Counted from the stretch's first letter, positions 50,757 to 61,200 are shown. The stretch: 64,000 nucleotides of DNA from Deltaproteobacteria bacterium (GCA_016699445.1 CP064976.1:2478162-2542161); one strand, 5' to 3'. Notes: generated by a model not told the origin, from the sequence alone. A program made the numbers and translations.

Positions 50757-51136
50757 AGATGCTTAAAAAAGCGCTGTCTACTCTCAATGAGGCCCTGAGA
50801 GAGCCTTATGTCACGCTGATACGTGATGCTTCTATTCAGCGTTTTGAATATACCTTTGAATTAGCCTGGAAAATCTTCCGACGTGTTTCAAAGATTGAAG
50901 GCTTAGAAACGAATTCTCCACGTCAAGCCATTCGAAATACCTTTCAGCTGGGTTTGATTTCAGAGACGAATGCCTGGTTTCAATTTTTGGAAGATCGAAA
51001 TCTGACCTCTCATACCTATAATGAAGATAGAGCCGAGGCTGTTTATCAAAGCGCTAAAAAATTTCCTGCCGCCTTGCAGCCTGTGATTGATCTGATTGAA
51101 TCTAAATATATTCAACAATCAGACACTCAAAAATAA
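50720..51136 (+). CDS. HEPN-domain (HI0074-family) toxin
   Basis: DASIQRFEYTFELAWK and R-x4-H-x-Y (RNLTSHTY); overlaps the MNT gene. Confidence 0.88.
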   Translation: MEEEIKKLSLQLEMLKKALSTLNEALREPYVTLIRDASIQRFEYTFELAWKIFRRVSKIEGLETNSPRQAIRNTFQLGLISETNAWFQFLEDRNLTSHTYNEDRAEAVYQSAKKFPAALQPVIDLIESKYIQQSDTQK

Positions 51137-51244
51137 AATATCTGACTTGTGATTAGTTGAATGGTTTTAATCTCGGTTACTGCCTTGTTTCCAAGATTGG
51201 TGTTTACAGGCAATAACATATCGAATTGTAATCCCTACAATGTT

Positions 51245-51718
51245 TTATGCTGATAAAACCATTATTGTTTGAGTTAGAAATAAGAGTATTAAGATAGCAG
51301 GCAGTAGTGACCATGGTGCTAGCAAAATAATGAGTCTATTCTTTATAGGCATTTCACGATGAGTGAAGAATATGCAGAGCATCTGAAATAAAACTGCCGA
51401 GCAAAATAGAAACACTTCAATTTTAGATAGTGTAAAGTAGGAAACGTGCCTGGATTGATCAAGAAGGATTTGCGCATAGCTGAATGAAGCAAACAAAAGG
51501 CAAGCAACTAGAAATATGGCTCCTGTGATATTAAATAATTTCTCATCTATATCAGCATAGGTTTTAGAATCACTAGTTTTATGATAAAAAAGATACCAGT
51601 AGGCTATAGCTGCTATCATTACAAAAGGTGCTAGTAATCCAAACATTGTTTGAGGAAACAGCCATAGACTTAACAAAGTAAACATACATGCGAGATAAAA
51701 GTATTGATTAAATATCAT
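51245..51718 (-). CDS. Hypothetical multi-pass membrane protein
   Basis: 157-aa ORF with four to five hydrophobic segments; no family recognised. Confidence 0.55.
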   Translation of the reverse strand: MIFNQYFYLACMFTLLSLWLFPQTMFGLLAPFVMIAAIAYWYLFYHKTSDSKTYADIDEKLFNITGAIFLVACLLFASFSYAQILLDQSRHVSYFTLSKIEVFLFCSAVLFQMLCIFFTHREMPIKNRLIILLAPWSLLPAILILLFLTQTIMVLSA

Positions 51719-51737
51719 AGACTCAGTGCACTTGTTA

Positions 51738-52178
51738 TTAATGCACCATCGGGTTGGAAGAAACTCCCATGAGGCGGGACATTTGTTCGAAGACGAAATT
51801 CATGAAACGTTGTTTGTCGTTGTCGTTGACATACTTAATGATCGTGCCTGTTTCGTAACTTGTATCGGTAATCTTGTTTTGCCAAACCACTTCACCGTTG
51901 GCGCGGATAGGAGTGTCTTCACTTCCACAAATGCTAATTTCAAGATCGAGAAGGTCTCCGGGTAGAAGAGGGCCAGGTGTCATGAGTCTGAGGCCGCCGG
52001 CACTGATGTCGCTACTCATAGCTTCTGCTAGCTCACTGACTTCGCCGCCAGGACTCTTGAGTGCATAACTAACACTTAAAGCGATATCGAGTCGCGCATA
52101 ACGTCGTTTGTTCTCTTTGGCTTCTAAGACATAATCTGTACGATTCACTTGCAGATTCTTTTCGTGTTGTTGCGACAT
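51738..52178 (-). CDS. Single-domain PilZ protein (c-di-GMP receptor)
   Basis: RRYAR (RxxxR) and DISAGG (DxSxxG) motifs; GGAGG RBS. Confidence 0.9.
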   Translation of the reverse strand: MSQQHEKNLQVNRTDYVLEAKENKRRYARLDIALSVSYALKSPGGEVSELAEAMSSDISAGGLRLMTPGPLLPGDLLDLEISICGSEDTPIRANGEVVWQNKITDTSYETGTIIKYVNDNDKQRFMNFVFEQMSRLMGVSSNPMVH

Positions 52179-52260
52179 AAAATACCTCCCCAGGTATTGT
52201 GAAATTAGAGTATTTTAATTACTGCGCGTCAAGGAAGTTGCACTTTTAAATGCATTTTGT

Positions 52261-54227
52261 ATGACGCGACGCATGCTTAAAAGAGCTTTCAAAATAGTCA
52301 TGGGTCTAGTGGTTCTTCTGATGGCCGCTATCATTGTTATACCATTCTTGATTGATGTGAATAAATTCAAAGAACCTCTGATTCATCAAGTGGAAGATCA
52401 TCTGAAAGTTAAAGTCAGTCTTGATAGGATTGAGCTTCATCTTTTGCCACTTCCGTCTCTAGTGTTAAAAGATCTGGCTCTAACCTCTAAAGAAGGTGTT
52501 TTTGCGGAAAAACCCATTTTCAAAATGGCTTCATCTAGTTTGAGTCTTGATCTGAAAAATATTCTTTCTAGAAAAATTTCAATGGCTCTTAATTTGAGCC
52601 AACCCATTATTTATTACCGAACCTCCCAGTCTGGAGAGGATTCCAAAACCAATTTTGAATCTTTAGTCGTTGAAGATGAAAAAGGTGCGAAAAGTGAAAG
52701 CTCATTTTTGGAAAAAATGGAAGTCACCTCGATAGCTGTAGAGAGAGGTGTGCTCTATCAACTGGAAGGTCATCATTCAGAAGAATCTACACAACCCCTT
52801 CTGCGAGATCTGGATATGGATATTGATCATTTTCCTTATCCCCACATGAAATTCAAACCATAGGACTAAAATTAAAAGCGCGCGTTCATGAGTCGTCACA
52901 GCCACTTACTTTGGCTGGACATCTGGTCTCAGACCCAGTTCAAAAACAATATCGAACAGATGATTTAAATTTGAAGATTGGACCCACAACGTTTGTGTTA
53001 AAAATGGCTTTTAAACAAGAAAAGCTCGACTATCATTATGATGTTCAACTTCATGCAGAATCTCTCGATTTTAGTACTCTCTCAGCTTTAAATCCTGAAT
53101 TTGAAAAAAACTTGCCTCCTGAAGCTCAAATCAAAGGTTCGAGTATTTTGACAGCCAATTTAAGCGGAAATAAAACTCAAATACAGACCACAGGTTTTTT
53201 AGATTTTGAAAAAGCTAAGATTATCTATGGAAATTATTTTAAAAAAGGAGACCAAGTCCCTGCGCGTATTGAGTGGAGCTATTATGGTCCCCTGGATACA
53301 ATTTTAACTTCAGGTACTTTTAAAGGAAAAATGAAGTGGCAGGATTTTTTTGTTTTAGAAAAGTATGAACCTGAAAATTTTCAGGCTGATTTTCACTTGT
53401 CAGGTAAAAAAATGGTTTTGGATGAGATGTCATTTAAACTTTTTGACGGTTCTCTCTTGGGAAAAGGTTTTGTTGATTTTGAAAACAAGTCACCCAGCTG
53501 GCAGTTTGATTTTAAAGCTGCTCAGATTGATTTTAATAGTTTGATGACAGTCACAGGTGGATTTCGAGATATTGTTTCTGGAAAAGGAGACATGGCATTG
53601 GCTCTTTCAGGAATAGGCTCTGAGATGAAAGAAATAAAACAATCTGCTTCAGGTGATGGAAATCTGTCTGTCTCAGCTGGAAAAATTAGTATTGTGAACA
53701 TTGCTAAAGAAGTTTTGGGACAAAGTTTGGTAGATGCATTAAACCTGGCTTTGACATCTTCAGCTGGTATGGGTGGAGCGCCTAAAATAGCTGTTCCTCG
53801 CTTTGCCATGCAAACGCAGGAGACCAACTTCAATTCTTTTGCAGGAGGATTTCGGGTGGAAAATGGTTTTATCCAGCTTCCGGATACGAAGATTATTTCA
53901 GAGTCTGCAGTGATAGGATTGACAGGAAAAACATCTTTAGATGGAGATTTGGATCTCAAAGGAAATTTCCTTTTGTCTCGTCAGGAGACAGATCAGTGGT
54001 TGGGTGATTTTCAGGGGAAATCTTCTTTGGTAGATAGTGAGGGGAAGTTGATGGTTCCTTTTACAGTCTCTGGTGCCTTGACGACACCATTGATCAAGCC
54101 TGATGTTTCTCAATGGACAGAAAAATTAAAAGGCTCTGTGATTCAAAATTTACAGCCTAAAATTGAAGAGAAACTGCCTGCAGGGATTCAAAAATCAACA
54201 GATAAGCTTAAAGAGATTTTTCACTAA
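52261..54227 (+). CDS. AsmA-family protein (apparent frameshift near 52843)
   Basis: N-terminal TM then FLIDVNKFKEPL..QVE; AsmA-like C-terminus (VPFTVSGALTTPLIKPD); one extra C in the C4 run joins the ORFs. Confidence 0.85.
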
Positions 54228-55344
54228 TATCTTTTTTGTAAATATCCTGACGAAATTGGATGGTTCCATCTTCATCCACCCAAGCTGTATAATAATCAAT
54301 GAAGACATCGACGGGTTCTTGAAGCGTTAAAAAATAAGTTTCTTTTTTATCTATCAAATCTTTGATTTTCTGCTCGTTCCATTTTGAGCCTTCAATCAAA
54401 AATTTTGCCAATTCCATCGGTTTTTGAACACGAACGCAGCCATGGCTGGCAGATCGCATTTGGTTAGCGAAAAATGATTTTTGAGATGTGTCGTGCATGT
54501 AAATATCATAAGGGTTGGGAAATAAAAATTTCATTTTGCCTAAGGCATTTCCATCTCCAGAATCCTGTACAATTTCCAAATTTCCAGGCTTAGCATTAGC
54601 CCAGTCATAGGTGGTTGGATCTATTTCAACACTTTCTCCATCTTTACGTTCATAAACTTTCATATTTTCTTTTGTAAGATAGTCTGGTTCTTTTCGAATC
54701 TTTTTTAAAAGTTCTTTTTTAATAATATTGGTAGGCACATGCCATTTGGGGTTTAAAACAATCTGCTTGATCTGGCTTTGCACTTCAGGCGTGTTCCAGT
54801 TTTTCTTTAAACCAACGACAATTCTCATTTGTAAGGCTGTGTTTAGATCTTTGACTGCATACAGTTGATAATCAGGAATATTGGCATGAACGTATTTTGA
54901 TGGAGGCCATGAGGTGTTTCTGAACCTTTCCCGATTGACCATGAGTTGATTTAGCCGATCTTCTGCTGAGACATTCATAGCATCAATACTACCAACACCA
55001 ATGACACCATCAGCTTCCAATCCATGACTAGCTTGAAAAGCAATCACAGCATTTTGAAGTGTCTCATCATACAAGGGTTCATCTGATTTTTTCTTTAATT
55101 CACCTGTAATCCAAAGCCTTTTGCGAATTGCAGGAATGCGAGGATTGTTTTCCCCAGGAATAATTTTCGGGCCTGATTCTACTTTTTCCCAACCACCTTT
55201 TTTGACGTATTTTTGATAAAGTTCGATGGCTTTATCTAAACGTTTCACTCCGTCTGAGCCATATTGAAGGATGTCCTTGGCCAAAAGTGACTTGTGACTC
55301 ATTACTAGAAGTAGAAATAGGAAAAGAAGTCTTTTTTTAATCAT
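54208..55344 (-). CDS. L,D-transpeptidase (YcbB/LdtD-like) with peptidoglycan-binding domain
   Basis: Signal peptide, AVIAFQASHGLEADGVIG PG-binding motif, NALGKMKFLFPN, IYMHDT and SHGCVRV catalytic motif. Confidence 0.9.
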   Translation of the reverse strand: MIKKRLLFLFLLLVMSHKSLLAKDILQYGSDGVKRLDKAIELYQKYVKKGGWEKVESGPKIIPGENNPRIPAIRKRLWITGELKKKSDEPLYDETLQNAVIAFQASHGLEADGVIGVGSIDAMNVSAEDRLNQLMVNRERFRNTSWPPSKYVHANIPDYQLYAVKDLNTALQMRIVVGLKKNWNTPEVQSQIKQIVLNPKWHVPTNIIKKELLKKIRKEPDYLTKENMKVYERKDGESVEIDPTTYDWANAKPGNLEIVQDSGDGNALGKMKFLFPNPYDIYMHDTSQKSFFANQMRSASHGCVRVQKPMELAKFLIEGSKWNEQKIKDLIDKKETYFLTLQEPVDVFIDYYTAWVDEDGTIQFRQDIYKKDISEKSL

Positions 55345-55427
55345 AAACAGTCTTTAAATTAATAACGGTATCCAAAGTCGAAAACTTTAGCGAGTTGAAA
55401 AATAAATGAGTAAAAAAATGGATCGGG

Positions 55428-57929
55428 ATGAGTAAGACTAAATCCTGGACACTCACTTTCTCTTTAGATACCCATTCATTCCTTATGAAAAACTATATTA
55501 AGTTTTTGCATTTTGCCCGAATCCCTTTGGCAATTTTGTTTATTTTATTTTTTGCTTTCTGTCTGACGCAGATTCGACTCCTGAAACTCAAGAGTGATTT
55601 TAAAGAACTGCTACCCGAAACCTTTCAAAGCGTGATTGATCTGGATCGTATTGCTGCCCGCGTACCGGGGACAGGATCTCTTATGGTCGCTGTGGAAGGA
55701 AAAAATCCGGAACAGATGATGCGTTTTGCTGATGACTTGGTAAAAAAAGTCAAAGAGCTTCCTGCAGGTTATGTAGATAATGTGGAATATAATGTTTCTG
55801 ATGTGAGGAAGTTTTATGAAAATAATAAATACCTCTACATGTCATTGGCAGACTTGAAAGAACTCAAAGAACGACTCGATCGCCGTATTCAAAAAGAGAA
55901 GCTTAAGACAACTGGGATTTTTATCGATCTGGATGAAAGTAATTCTGGTTTTGAAACCAAAGATCTTGAAAATAAATACCGCGAAAAAGCCGGAAATTAT
56001 GACAATTACACCAAAGGCTACTTCTTTAATAAAGAACAAGACATGTTGGTAGTTGTTTTGCGTCCTCCAGGATCAGCAACTGGCATAGAGTTTTCCAAAG
56101 ATTTGGTAACACGTATTCAAACCTTGATTGATGAGATGAAGCCCACTTCCTATGATCCATCCATTAAGGTTGGGCTGACTGGAAAATTTCGTCGTGTACT
56201 TTTTGAATACTCGGCATTGATTGAAGATATTGTTTCAACAACAGGTTTGTGTGTGGCTCTCGTTGGTTTGGCAGTTTTGATTTATTATCGACGGGCCCGC
56301 ATGGTTTTGTTGATGGCTTGGGCTGTCTTCAATGGAGCGGCATGGACCTTTGCTTTGGCTAAATGGCATATTGGTTATTTGACCACTCAAACGGCATTTT
56401 TGGCGTCTATTATTGTTGGTAATGGGATTAACTATAGTTTGATTCTCATGGCTCGCTATTTGGAAGAAAGAAAAGCAGGGAAGAATGTTCTCGATTCTCT
56501 TCAAATTTCAATTCCAGCGACCATCTCAGGGACATTGGCTTCAGGAATGACGACCAGTTTAGCTTTTGCGACTCTTTTGATTACAGAGATTAAAGGATTT
56601 TCCCATTTTGGTTTTATCGGTGGATTGGGAATGTTTTTGTGTTGGGTGGCTACATACACTGTGCTTCCAGTATTTATGAGTTTGACTGAATCTATTTGGC
56701 CCTTGGTCAAAGAAAATGAAAATCGACTGACCAAGATAGATGTTTCCATCATGCCTTTTTTTGCCAACAATCTAGTCCGATGGGCACGTCCATTGACAGG
56801 CTTTGGGATCGCTTTAAGTTTGGCGGCTGTTCCGTTAATTGTTTGGTTTGTTCCACGATCTTTGGAATATGATTTTTCAAAATTAAGAATGAAAAATAAG
56901 GGAGCTGCTGTTTCTGAAGAAGCTTATTGGAGTAATAAAGTCGACGATGTCTTTGGACGATCCAGCACACCAGCTGTATTGGCCACTGATCGTATTGAAC
57001 AAGTGAAACCACTTTGTGATGAAATCATGAGGAAAAATTTACAAGATCCTTATGAAAAGCAAGTCGTGGATAGCTGTAAGTCGATCTATTCTTACTTACC
57101 CGAAGATCAGGATGAGAAGTTGGTTGTTCTAGGTGATTTGAGAAAACTTTTGGAAGATAAAACTCTCAAATTTTTATCTGCAGACCAGAAAAAAGAGCTC
57201 AATGATTTCAAAAAGAATTTTGTGAATAAAAAACTCGAGCTTAAAGATTTGCCTGAGATGATAGTAAAAAATTTCAGGGAAAAAAATGGAGCTGTGGGAA
57301 ATTTAGTTTTTGTCTACTCAAGTTTTCGTGTGCCTTTGTGGGATGGGAAGAATCTCATTCGATTTGCTGAGCTCATCCGTTACAACAAACTGGCCAATGG
57401 TGATGTGATTACCGGTTCGGGTGATTCAGCCATATTTGCCGACATGCTTAAAGCGGTGACTCATGATGGCCCGCGAGCGACTGTTTTAGCTTTTGTGGTT
57501 GTGTGTTTGGCTGTTGCCGTTATCTTTAGGGAAAAGCGGGGAATTTATTTTATTATTGGTACGTTGACGATGGGTGTTTTGTGGATGTTTGGTGCGATTG
57601 CTTTGTTTAATATTAAGATCAACTTCTTCAACTTTATCGCGATCCCAACGACGTTTGGGATTGGCGTTGATTATGGGTGTAACATTTATCAACGTTACAA
57701 AGAAGAAGGTAAGGGATCGTTGCCAAAAGTATTGATGACGACAGGTGGAGCTGTTTTATTGTGTTCTATCACAACGATTATTGGTTATATGACTCTCATT
57801 ATCGCCAAAAATCAGGCTTTGGTTTCTTTTGGTTGGATTGGAATTATTGGTGAAGTGACTTGTTTGGTTGCGGCTTTGTTGGTGGTGCCAGCTTTAGTGA
57901 TTCGTTTTGAAAATCGTAAGAAGGTTTAA
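55428..57929 (+). CDS. MMPL/RND-family transporter
   Basis: Two repeats of TM1-periplasmic loop-5TM; GNGINYSLILMARY and GIGVDYGCNIYQRY TM4/TM10 motifs (start may be ~55486). Confidence 0.88.
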   Translation: MSKTKSWTLTFSLDTHSFLMKNYIKFLHFARIPLAILFILFFAFCLTQIRLLKLKSDFKELLPETFQSVIDLDRIAARVPGTGSLMVAVEGKNPEQMMRFADDLVKKVKELPAGYVDNVEYNVSDVRKFYENNKYLYMSLADLKELKERLDRRIQKEKLKTTGIFIDLDESNSGFETKDLENKYREKAGNYDNYTKGYFFNKEQDMLVVVLRPPGSATGIEFSKDLVTRIQTLIDEMKPTSYDPSIKVGLTGKFRRVLFEYSALIEDIVSTTGLCVALVGLAVLIYYRRARMVLLMAWAVFNGAAWTFALAKWHIGYLTTQTAFLASIIVGNGINYSLILMARYLEERKAGKNVLDSLQISIPATISGTLASGMTTSLAFATLLITEIKGFSHFGFIGGLGMFLCWVATYTVLPVFMSLTESIWPLVKENENRLTKIDVSIMPFFANNLVRWARPLTGFGIALSLAAVPLIVWFVPRSLEYDFSKLRMKNKGAAVSEEAYWSNKVDDVFGRSSTPAVLATDRIEQVKPLCDEIMRKNLQDPYEKQVVDSCKSIYSYLPEDQDEKLVVLGDLRKLLEDKTLKFLSADQKKELNDFKKNFVNKKLELKDLPEMIVKNFREKNGAVGNLVFVYSSFRVPLWDGKNLIRFAELIRYNKLANGDVITGSGDSAIFADMLKAVTHDGPRATVLAFVVVCLAVAVIFREKRGIYFIIGTLTMGVLWMFGAIALFNIKINFFNFIAIPTTFGIGVDYGCNIYQRYKEEGKGSLPKVLMTTGGAVLLCSITTIIGYMTLIIAKNQALVSFGWIGIIGEVTCLVAALLVVPALVIRFENRKKV

Positions 57930-57931
57930 AG

Positions 57932-58150
57932 ATGGTTAAAACAATAGATCTCAAATCCACCATACACTGTCGTCAGTGCGGCAAGAAGATTGATCTAGAT
58001 CCTAATCCTTACCGTCCTTTTTGCTCCGATCGCTGTCGGAAGATAGATTTGGGAAAATGGTTTGGAGAATCTTACCGGGTCCCTGATAAAGAAATTCCTA
58101 GTGAGAATTTTCAGGAAAATAATTTAGATGATGAGGAGAGAGAAGAATGA
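57932..58150 (+). CDS. yacG: DNA gyrase inhibitor YacG (zinc finger)
   Basis: CRQC...YRPFCSDRCRKIDLGKW...Y.VP. Confidence 0.92.
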   Translation: MVKTIDLKSTIHCRQCGKKIDLDPNPYRPFCSDRCRKIDLGKWFGESYRVPDKEIPSENFQENNLDDEEREE

Positions 58151-59466
58151 AAAAAACAAAGACCATGTCCTTGCGAGGAGTCCGCCAAAGCGGACGACGT
58201 GGCAATCTTATGAAGTTATCGGGAGATCGCCGCGCCCTTCGGGCTCGCGATGACAGCCGATCTCCCAGTGCGCATCTGCGTTTTTTGACTCAAAATTTTG
58301 TCATGAACACCTACAACCGTCTGCCTTTGGTATTGACCAAAGGGAAGGGGGCTTATGTGTGGGATGCAGATGGAAAAAAGTATCTCGATTTTTTCTCCGG
58401 ATTGGCTGTGAACAACTTAGGCCACTGCCATCCCAAGATTGTCGCGGCAATTCGGAAACAAGCCTCAGAACTGTTACATGTGAGTAATGTTTTTCATATT
58501 CCAACACAATCCATGCTTGCTGAAGAATTGGTTAGGCATAGTTTTGGTGATAAGGTTTTCTTTTGCAATAGTGGTGCTGAAGCCAACGAAGGTGCAATCA
58601 AGCTTGCTCGAAAGTATTCGTATAAGAAATTTGGGATGGGTCGTCATGAAGTGATCACGATGAAAAATTCGTTTCATGGACGTACGCTCGCGATGATCAC
58701 GGCGACAGGTCAGGAAAAATATCAAAAAGGTTTTGATCCTCTGATGCCGGGTTTTCAATATGCAGTTTTTGGAGATTTGGAATCGATAAAAAATACGATT
58801 ACAGAAAAAACCTGTGCGATTTTGATTGAACCCATTCAGGGTGAAGGTGGTGTGAAGATGGCACCTCCTGAATATTTTCAAGCATTGAGAAAATTGTGCG
58901 ATGAAAAAGATATTCTTCTCATTTTTGATGAAGTGCAAACAGGTGTAGGGCGTACGGGAAAACTTTTTGCCTATGAATATTTAGGTATCGAACCCGACAT
59001 CATGACCTTGGCCAAAGGTTTAGCTTCCGGTGTCCCTATTGGAGCCTTGGTCGCTACAGATAAGATAGCTCAAGCTTTTGAACCTGGTGATCACGCCTCC
59101 ACTTTTGGGGGAAATCCTCTATCAACAGCCACAGCCTTGGCGACTCTCAAGACGATCTATCAGGATGACCTACTGGAAAATGCTCAAAAGATGGGAAAAT
59201 ATTTGTGTGATCAGGTTCGTAAACTTTCTCAAAAATTACCCAGCATGATTTTAGAAGTGCGCAACAGAGGCTTGATGATCGCCATTGAGTTATCGATTGA
59301 TGCTAAACAAGTAGCTCTGAAAGCAATTGAGATGGGTCTTCTCATCAATGCGGTTCAAGAGAAGACTTTGCGCATTCTCCCTCCATTGACAGTCACGAAG
59401 AAGCAGGTGGATGAGTTTATCGGAAAGTTAGCGAAGAGTATTAGGGAGAGTAAACAAAGCTCTTAA
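58147..59466 (+). CDS. argD: Acetylornithine aminotransferase with repeat-derived N-terminal insert
   Basis: YLDFFSGLAVNNLGHCHP, NSGAEANEGAIKLARK, SFHGRT, EPIQGEGG, DEVQTG, LAKGL; ATGA overlap with the yacG stop. Confidence 0.93.
   Translation: MKKTKTMSLRGVRQSGRRGNLMKLSGDRRALRARDDSRSPSAHLRFLTQNFVMNTYNRLPLVLTKGKGAYVWDADGKKYLDFFSGLAVNNLGHCHPKIVAAIRKQASELLHVSNVFHIPTQSMLAEELVRHSFGDKVFFCNSGAEANEGAIKLARKYSYKKFGMGRHEVITMKNSFHGRTLAMITATGQEKYQKGFDPLMPGFQYAVFGDLESIKNTITEKTCAILIEPIQGEGGVKMAPPEYFQALRKLCDEKDILLIFDEVQTGVGRTGKLFAYEYLGIEPDIMTLAKGLASGVPIGALVATDKIAQAFEPGDHASTFGGNPLSTATALATLKTIYQDDLLENAQKMGKYLCDQVRKLSQKLPSMILEVRNRGLMIAIELSIDAKQVALKAIEMGLLINAVQEKTLRILPPLTVTKKQVDEFIGKLAKSIRESKQSS
58166..58255. 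repeat. 90-bp branched palindromic element (family 2) in the argD frame
   Basis: TGTCCTTGCGAG...CGACGTGGCAATCT...AGATCGCCGCG...CTCGCGATGACA; homologous to 27619-27705; length is a multiple of 3 with no stop in the argD frame. Confidence 0.88.
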
Positions 59467-60051
59467 TGTTTCTTTGTTATCAATCCAGTAGCTGCCAAAG
59501 AAGTTTCTTAAACGATCCCGAATGGCTGGAGAATCAGAACAAGCAATGGTATCCAATTTAAAAGCAATCAACTGATCATCTTTTTTAACAAAACTGGCAA
59601 AGCCGATTCCTGCCCATAAATTTCTTTTTTCTTCTTCCGATAAATTATTGCTGTAAGGGGGTCTTTTTCTTGGATCAATAAATTCAAGACCAATACGTTC
59701 ATGACTTGTTTCATGAGCATTGGATAAAAGTAATCGACCTGAGTTGATATCGTAGGCAGCGCTTAAAATATGATTATGAGCTGAGTTACCTATTTGTTCC
59801 ATCGCATGACGTATTAAATTGATGGTTCTTTCCAGATGCGCTGGATCAAGATCGCATGGTATCTCAATGATATCGGAAAGTGATGTTGGCGATCTGAAAA
59901 AATTAAGGACAGGCCTGCAGGCAGAAGGATCGGTTGTTGACGCTGAAGGGTCATTTTCAGGCTTGGGGAAAAATCCTTCATGATGTCTCAGAGAGCCAGA
60001 AACTTCATTGGATGGTGCAAAAAAAACACCTGTTATTGAGCCGATTCTCAT
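59428..60051 (-). CDS. Hypothetical protein
   Basis: 207-aa ORF with AAGGA upstream and a P/S-rich N-terminus; no family recognised. Confidence 0.5.
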   Translation of the reverse strand: MRIGSITGVFFAPSNEVSGSLRHHEGFFPKPENDPSASTTDPSACRPVLNFFRSPTSLSDIIEIPCDLDPAHLERTINLIRHAMEQIGNSAHNHILSAAYDINSGRLLLSNAHETSHERIGLEFIDPRKRPPYSNNLSEEEKRNLWAGIGFASFVKKDDQLIAFKLDTIACSDSPAIRDRLRNFFGSYWIDNKETLRALFTLPNTLR

Positions 60052-60139
60052 AAAGTATATTTTTGAATTTCCTTGTTATCTGAAATATCGTGACTTTCTA
60101 AAATATGTTTCTGAAATAAAGATGGGATGGCGCGTCATA

Positions 60140-61165
60140 ATGAAAAATAAAGAGAAGAAGGTTTTAAATATTTCCGATCCTTCCTGGATTTCATCCAATA
60201 AAAAAGGAGAAATCTCTCCAGGTCAGCAGTTTCTTTTTGATGAGATGTTGGGCTTAGGGAATTTTTTCACCTATCTCAGTATGGTGATTTTTCCATTTTT
60301 GATTCTTCTTCCTACGGCCATTGTTTTAAAACGTCAGTATGCAGAAAAGCCTATTGATAGTTTTTTCTTTTGGATCGTGGGTATTTTTGCCCTCTCTACC
60401 GTCATTGCCTATGGGGGATGGTTGACGGGGATTTTGTCAGGCCGCAAGATCAAGCAAGATCTTGCTTCTCAGTGTATCGTCGAAGCTTTGGGCCAGATTA
60501 AAATGACATGGAGGGGTTTGAAAATTTTTGCAGATCACCAAGAGGGTTCTATTCCATGTGTGACGGGATATTATACGATCGACCAACCTCCAGGTGCTTA
60601 TCGTCTCTATTTTTTGAAAAACTCTCGATACATTCTCTCTGCTGAAGCTTTGGATTCTCCTCAATCATCCAAAAACAACCTGCTTGAGGCTTTTCAGAAA
60701 GTTCATCATTTTACTGCGGACGATTTGATTCAAAATCAGCGAGGTTTTTTGACTGAATTTCAGAAAAAATTCTTTTTAAAACAATTCCGAAAAGAATTGG
60801 CAGCCGCTGTGCTTTGGACGGGTTTTATTATCTTTCTAATCTTTTCTATTTTTACTCAAGATTGGACTCTGTTTCAGAGTCTCATGGTTCTTTTTATTTT
60901 GGCTTCATTCTATTATGTTTATGATTTAGCCAAAGGTGCTTTTCTCATCCGCTCGGACCTTGAGGCAGGACATGTAGAAATTCTGGAAGGGAATGTAGAA
61001 AAAGTCTGGAAAGTGAGGCTGCGCCATTCTGATTACTATTACCGTATCGAAAATCATGAATTTAAAGTCCCAAGCCAAGCCTATAATATTATGGTTCCTC
61101 AAAACCAGTACCGCATCTATTTTTTACCTAAAAGTAAACGATTACTCTCTATTGAGCCTTTATGA
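60140..61165 (+). CDS. Hypothetical membrane protein made of two similar modules
   Basis: Each module has a TM hairpin then a beta-rich domain ending YRLYFLKNSRYILSAEAL or YRIYFLPKSKRLLSIEPL; the start position is uncertain. Confidence 0.65.
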   Translation: MKNKEKKVLNISDPSWISSNKKGEISPGQQFLFDEMLGLGNFFTYLSMVIFPFLILLPTAIVLKRQYAEKPIDSFFFWIVGIFALSTVIAYGGWLTGILSGRKIKQDLASQCIVEALGQIKMTWRGLKIFADHQEGSIPCVTGYYTIDQPPGAYRLYFLKNSRYILSAEALDSPQSSKNNLLEAFQKVHHFTADDLIQNQRGFLTEFQKKFFLKQFRKELAAAVLWTGFIIFLIFSIFTQDWTLFQSLMVLFILASFYYVYDLAKGAFLIRSDLEAGHVEILEGNVEKVWKVRLRHSDYYYRIENHEFKVPSQAYNIMVPQNQYRIYFLPKSKRLLSIEPL

Positions 61166-61166
61166 G

Positions 61167-61194
61167 GAAACTCTTTAAGGGTCTTAGCCGATAA
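61167..61194 (+). promoter_or_regulatory. Candidate sigma-28 (FliA) promoter
   Basis: GAAA-N16-GCCGATAA, with the perfect -10 ending 7 nt before ATG 61201. Confidence 0.45.
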
Positions 61195-61200
61195 TAAAGC

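Noticed and set aside
58683-58697. TACGCTCGCGATGA as a third copy of repeat family 2
   Set aside because: It encodes the conserved HGRTLA motif of ArgD and lacks the partner arm; coincidental.
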